The position numbers and the translations under genes were made by a program. A stretch of DNA of 62,373 nt, the filler included, from a bacterium (GTDB lineage: Bacteria; JALSQH01): NCBI GenBank assembly GCA_026985515.1. It is 6 parts of 6 records of this genome, joined end to end, with 100 filler letters (N's around TTAATTAATTAA, not from the genome) between each part and the next. Parts side by side here need not be neighbours in the genome. Positions count along the whole stretch, not along the records: positions 59,425 to 62,373 come from JALSQH010000268.1; 5 more parts are not named here. One strand, given 5' to 3'. Positions 61,198 to 62,373 of this stretch are shown here, piece after piece; the first letter of the stretch is position 1, and the number at the start of each line of letters is the position of its first letter. The notes beneath the pieces are model-generated. The model saw nothing but the letters and a program-made list of their open reading frames with translations. It ran no database searches and had not been told where the DNA came from.

Positions 61198-62373
61198 ATG
61201 ATACCAAGATATACCCGTCAGGAAATGGCTTCCATCTGGAGCGACGAAAACAAATTCAAATTGTGGCTTGAAATAGAAATAGCTGTGTGTGAAGGCTGGT
61301 CAAAGCTGGGAAAGGTACCCGCTGAGGCGGTGGAGAGGATTAAGAAAAATGCGAAGTTTAATGTTAACAGAATTCTTGAAATTGAGCAGATCACAAAGCA
61401 TGATGTTATAGCCTTTCTTGAAAATGTTTCTGAATACATTGGTGAGGATGCGAAGTATCTCCACATTGGGTTAACAAGTTCAGATGTTCTTGATACTGCC
61501 TTTGCTCTTCAGTTGAAACAGGCAGGAGAATTGATTTTAAAGGACATAGAAAATCTCCTGGAGATACTTAAAAGAAGAGCGTATGAGTTTAAAGATACCG
61601 TAATGATAGGGAGAACACATGGAATTCATGCTGAACCCATTACCTTTGGATTTAAACTTGCTTCATGGTACAGTGAATTCAGGCGTAACAGAAGAAGGCT
61701 GAAGAGTGCCATTGAGACAATCAGTTACGGAAAGATTTCCGGTGCTGTGGGAACCTTTGCCAACGTTGATCCACGGGTAGAAGAGTTTGCCCTGAAGAAG
61801 CTTGGTCTTAAACCTGAACCTGTTTCCACTCAGGTTGTTCCAAGGGACAGGCATGCTGAGTTTTTCTCTGCACTGGCGATGATTGCTTCCTCTGCGGAGA
61901 GAATTGCGGTTGAAATACGCCATCTCCAGAGAACGGAGGTAAGAGAAGCAGAGGAGTATTTTTCAAAAGGACAGAAAGGTTCATCTGCAATGCCTCACAA
62001 GAGGAATCCAATCCTTTCTGAAAATGTAACGGGACTTGCAAGGACAATAAGAGGGTATCTTGTTCCTGCACTTGAGAATGTGGCTCTGTGGCATGAGAGA
62101 GACATAAGTCACTCATCTGTTGAAAGAATGATTGCACCTGATGCGACTGTTCTTACAGATTTTATGCTCAGAAGACTTGCAGGAATAATTGACAAATTGG
62201 TTGTGTATGAAGATAGAATGAGGGATAATATCTTTCTGACGCATGGTCTTATTTTTTCCCAGAGGGTTATGCTCGCACTTATGGAGAAGGGTCTGGTGAG
62301 GAAAGAAGCCTATGAGCTTGTTCAAAAGCATGCGATGAAAGTATGGGAGGAGGGCAGGGATTTTAAAAGCCTG
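61198..62373 (+). CDS. purB: Adenylosuccinate lyase; runs off the window end (absent from the ORF track)
   Basis: My translation: MIPRYTRQEM...TKHDVIAF...GLTSSD...GRTHGIHAEP...KGSSAMPHKRNP...WHERDISHSSVER; AAGGAGG RBS. Confidence 0.97.
   Translation, partial: MIPRYTRQEMASIWSDENKFKLWLEIEIAVCEGWSKLGKVPAEAVERIKKNAKFNVNRILEIEQITKHDVIAFLENVSEYIGEDAKYLHIGLTSSDVLDTAFALQLKQAGELILKDIENLLEILKRRAYEFKDTVMIGRTHGIHAEPITFGFKLASWYSEFRRNRRRLKSAIETISYGKISGAVGTFANVDPRVEEFALKKLGLKPEPVSTQVVPRDRHAEFFSALAMIASSAERIAVEIRHLQRTEVREAEEYFSKGQKGSSAMPHKRNPILSENVTGLARTIRGYLVPALENVALWHERDISHSSVERMIAPDATVLTDFMLRRLAGIIDKLVVYEDRMRDNIFLTHGLIFSQRVMLALMEKGLVRKEAYELVQKHAMKVWEEGRDFKSL

Overview
Bacterial draft-assembly (MAG-like) window made of six sequence blocks joined by 100-nt N/TTAATTAATTAA linkers. 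Only the first linker is demonstrably a true within-gene gap (it splits miaB), so adjacency across the other four cannot be trusted. Gene content looks delta-proteobacterial (Desulfobacterota/Myxococcota-like; inference) and anaerobic, and is rich in lipid and acyl-CoA metabolism. The third block carries the chromosomal origin region (recF-dnaN-[oriC]-dnaA <> rpmH-rnpA-yidD-yidC ... mnmE ... parS-mnmG). I saw no tRNA, rRNA, CRISPR, prophage or transposase. Most notable observations: (1) a candidate oriC between dnaA and dnaN with the B. subtilis-type unwinding layout but non-canonical boxes (about TTTTCTACA), paired with a DnaA whose base-reading residues are changed (RKHSTVISS); (2) a ThyX with a ~48-aa insert resembling a circularly permuted PcrA/UvrD-type Tudor domain; (3) a signalling pair whose catalytic motifs all look degenerate (GGDEF with intact RxxD; pseudo-REC-DUF4388-GTPase-like), co-oriented with lipid genes; (4) a stand-alone MshEN protein embedded between oppB and oppC; (5) two unknown lipoproteins occupying the jag position between yidC and mnmE; (6) a large Ig-like repeat protein with no visible C-terminal anchor. 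All family calls come from motif recognition by eye; no searches were run.
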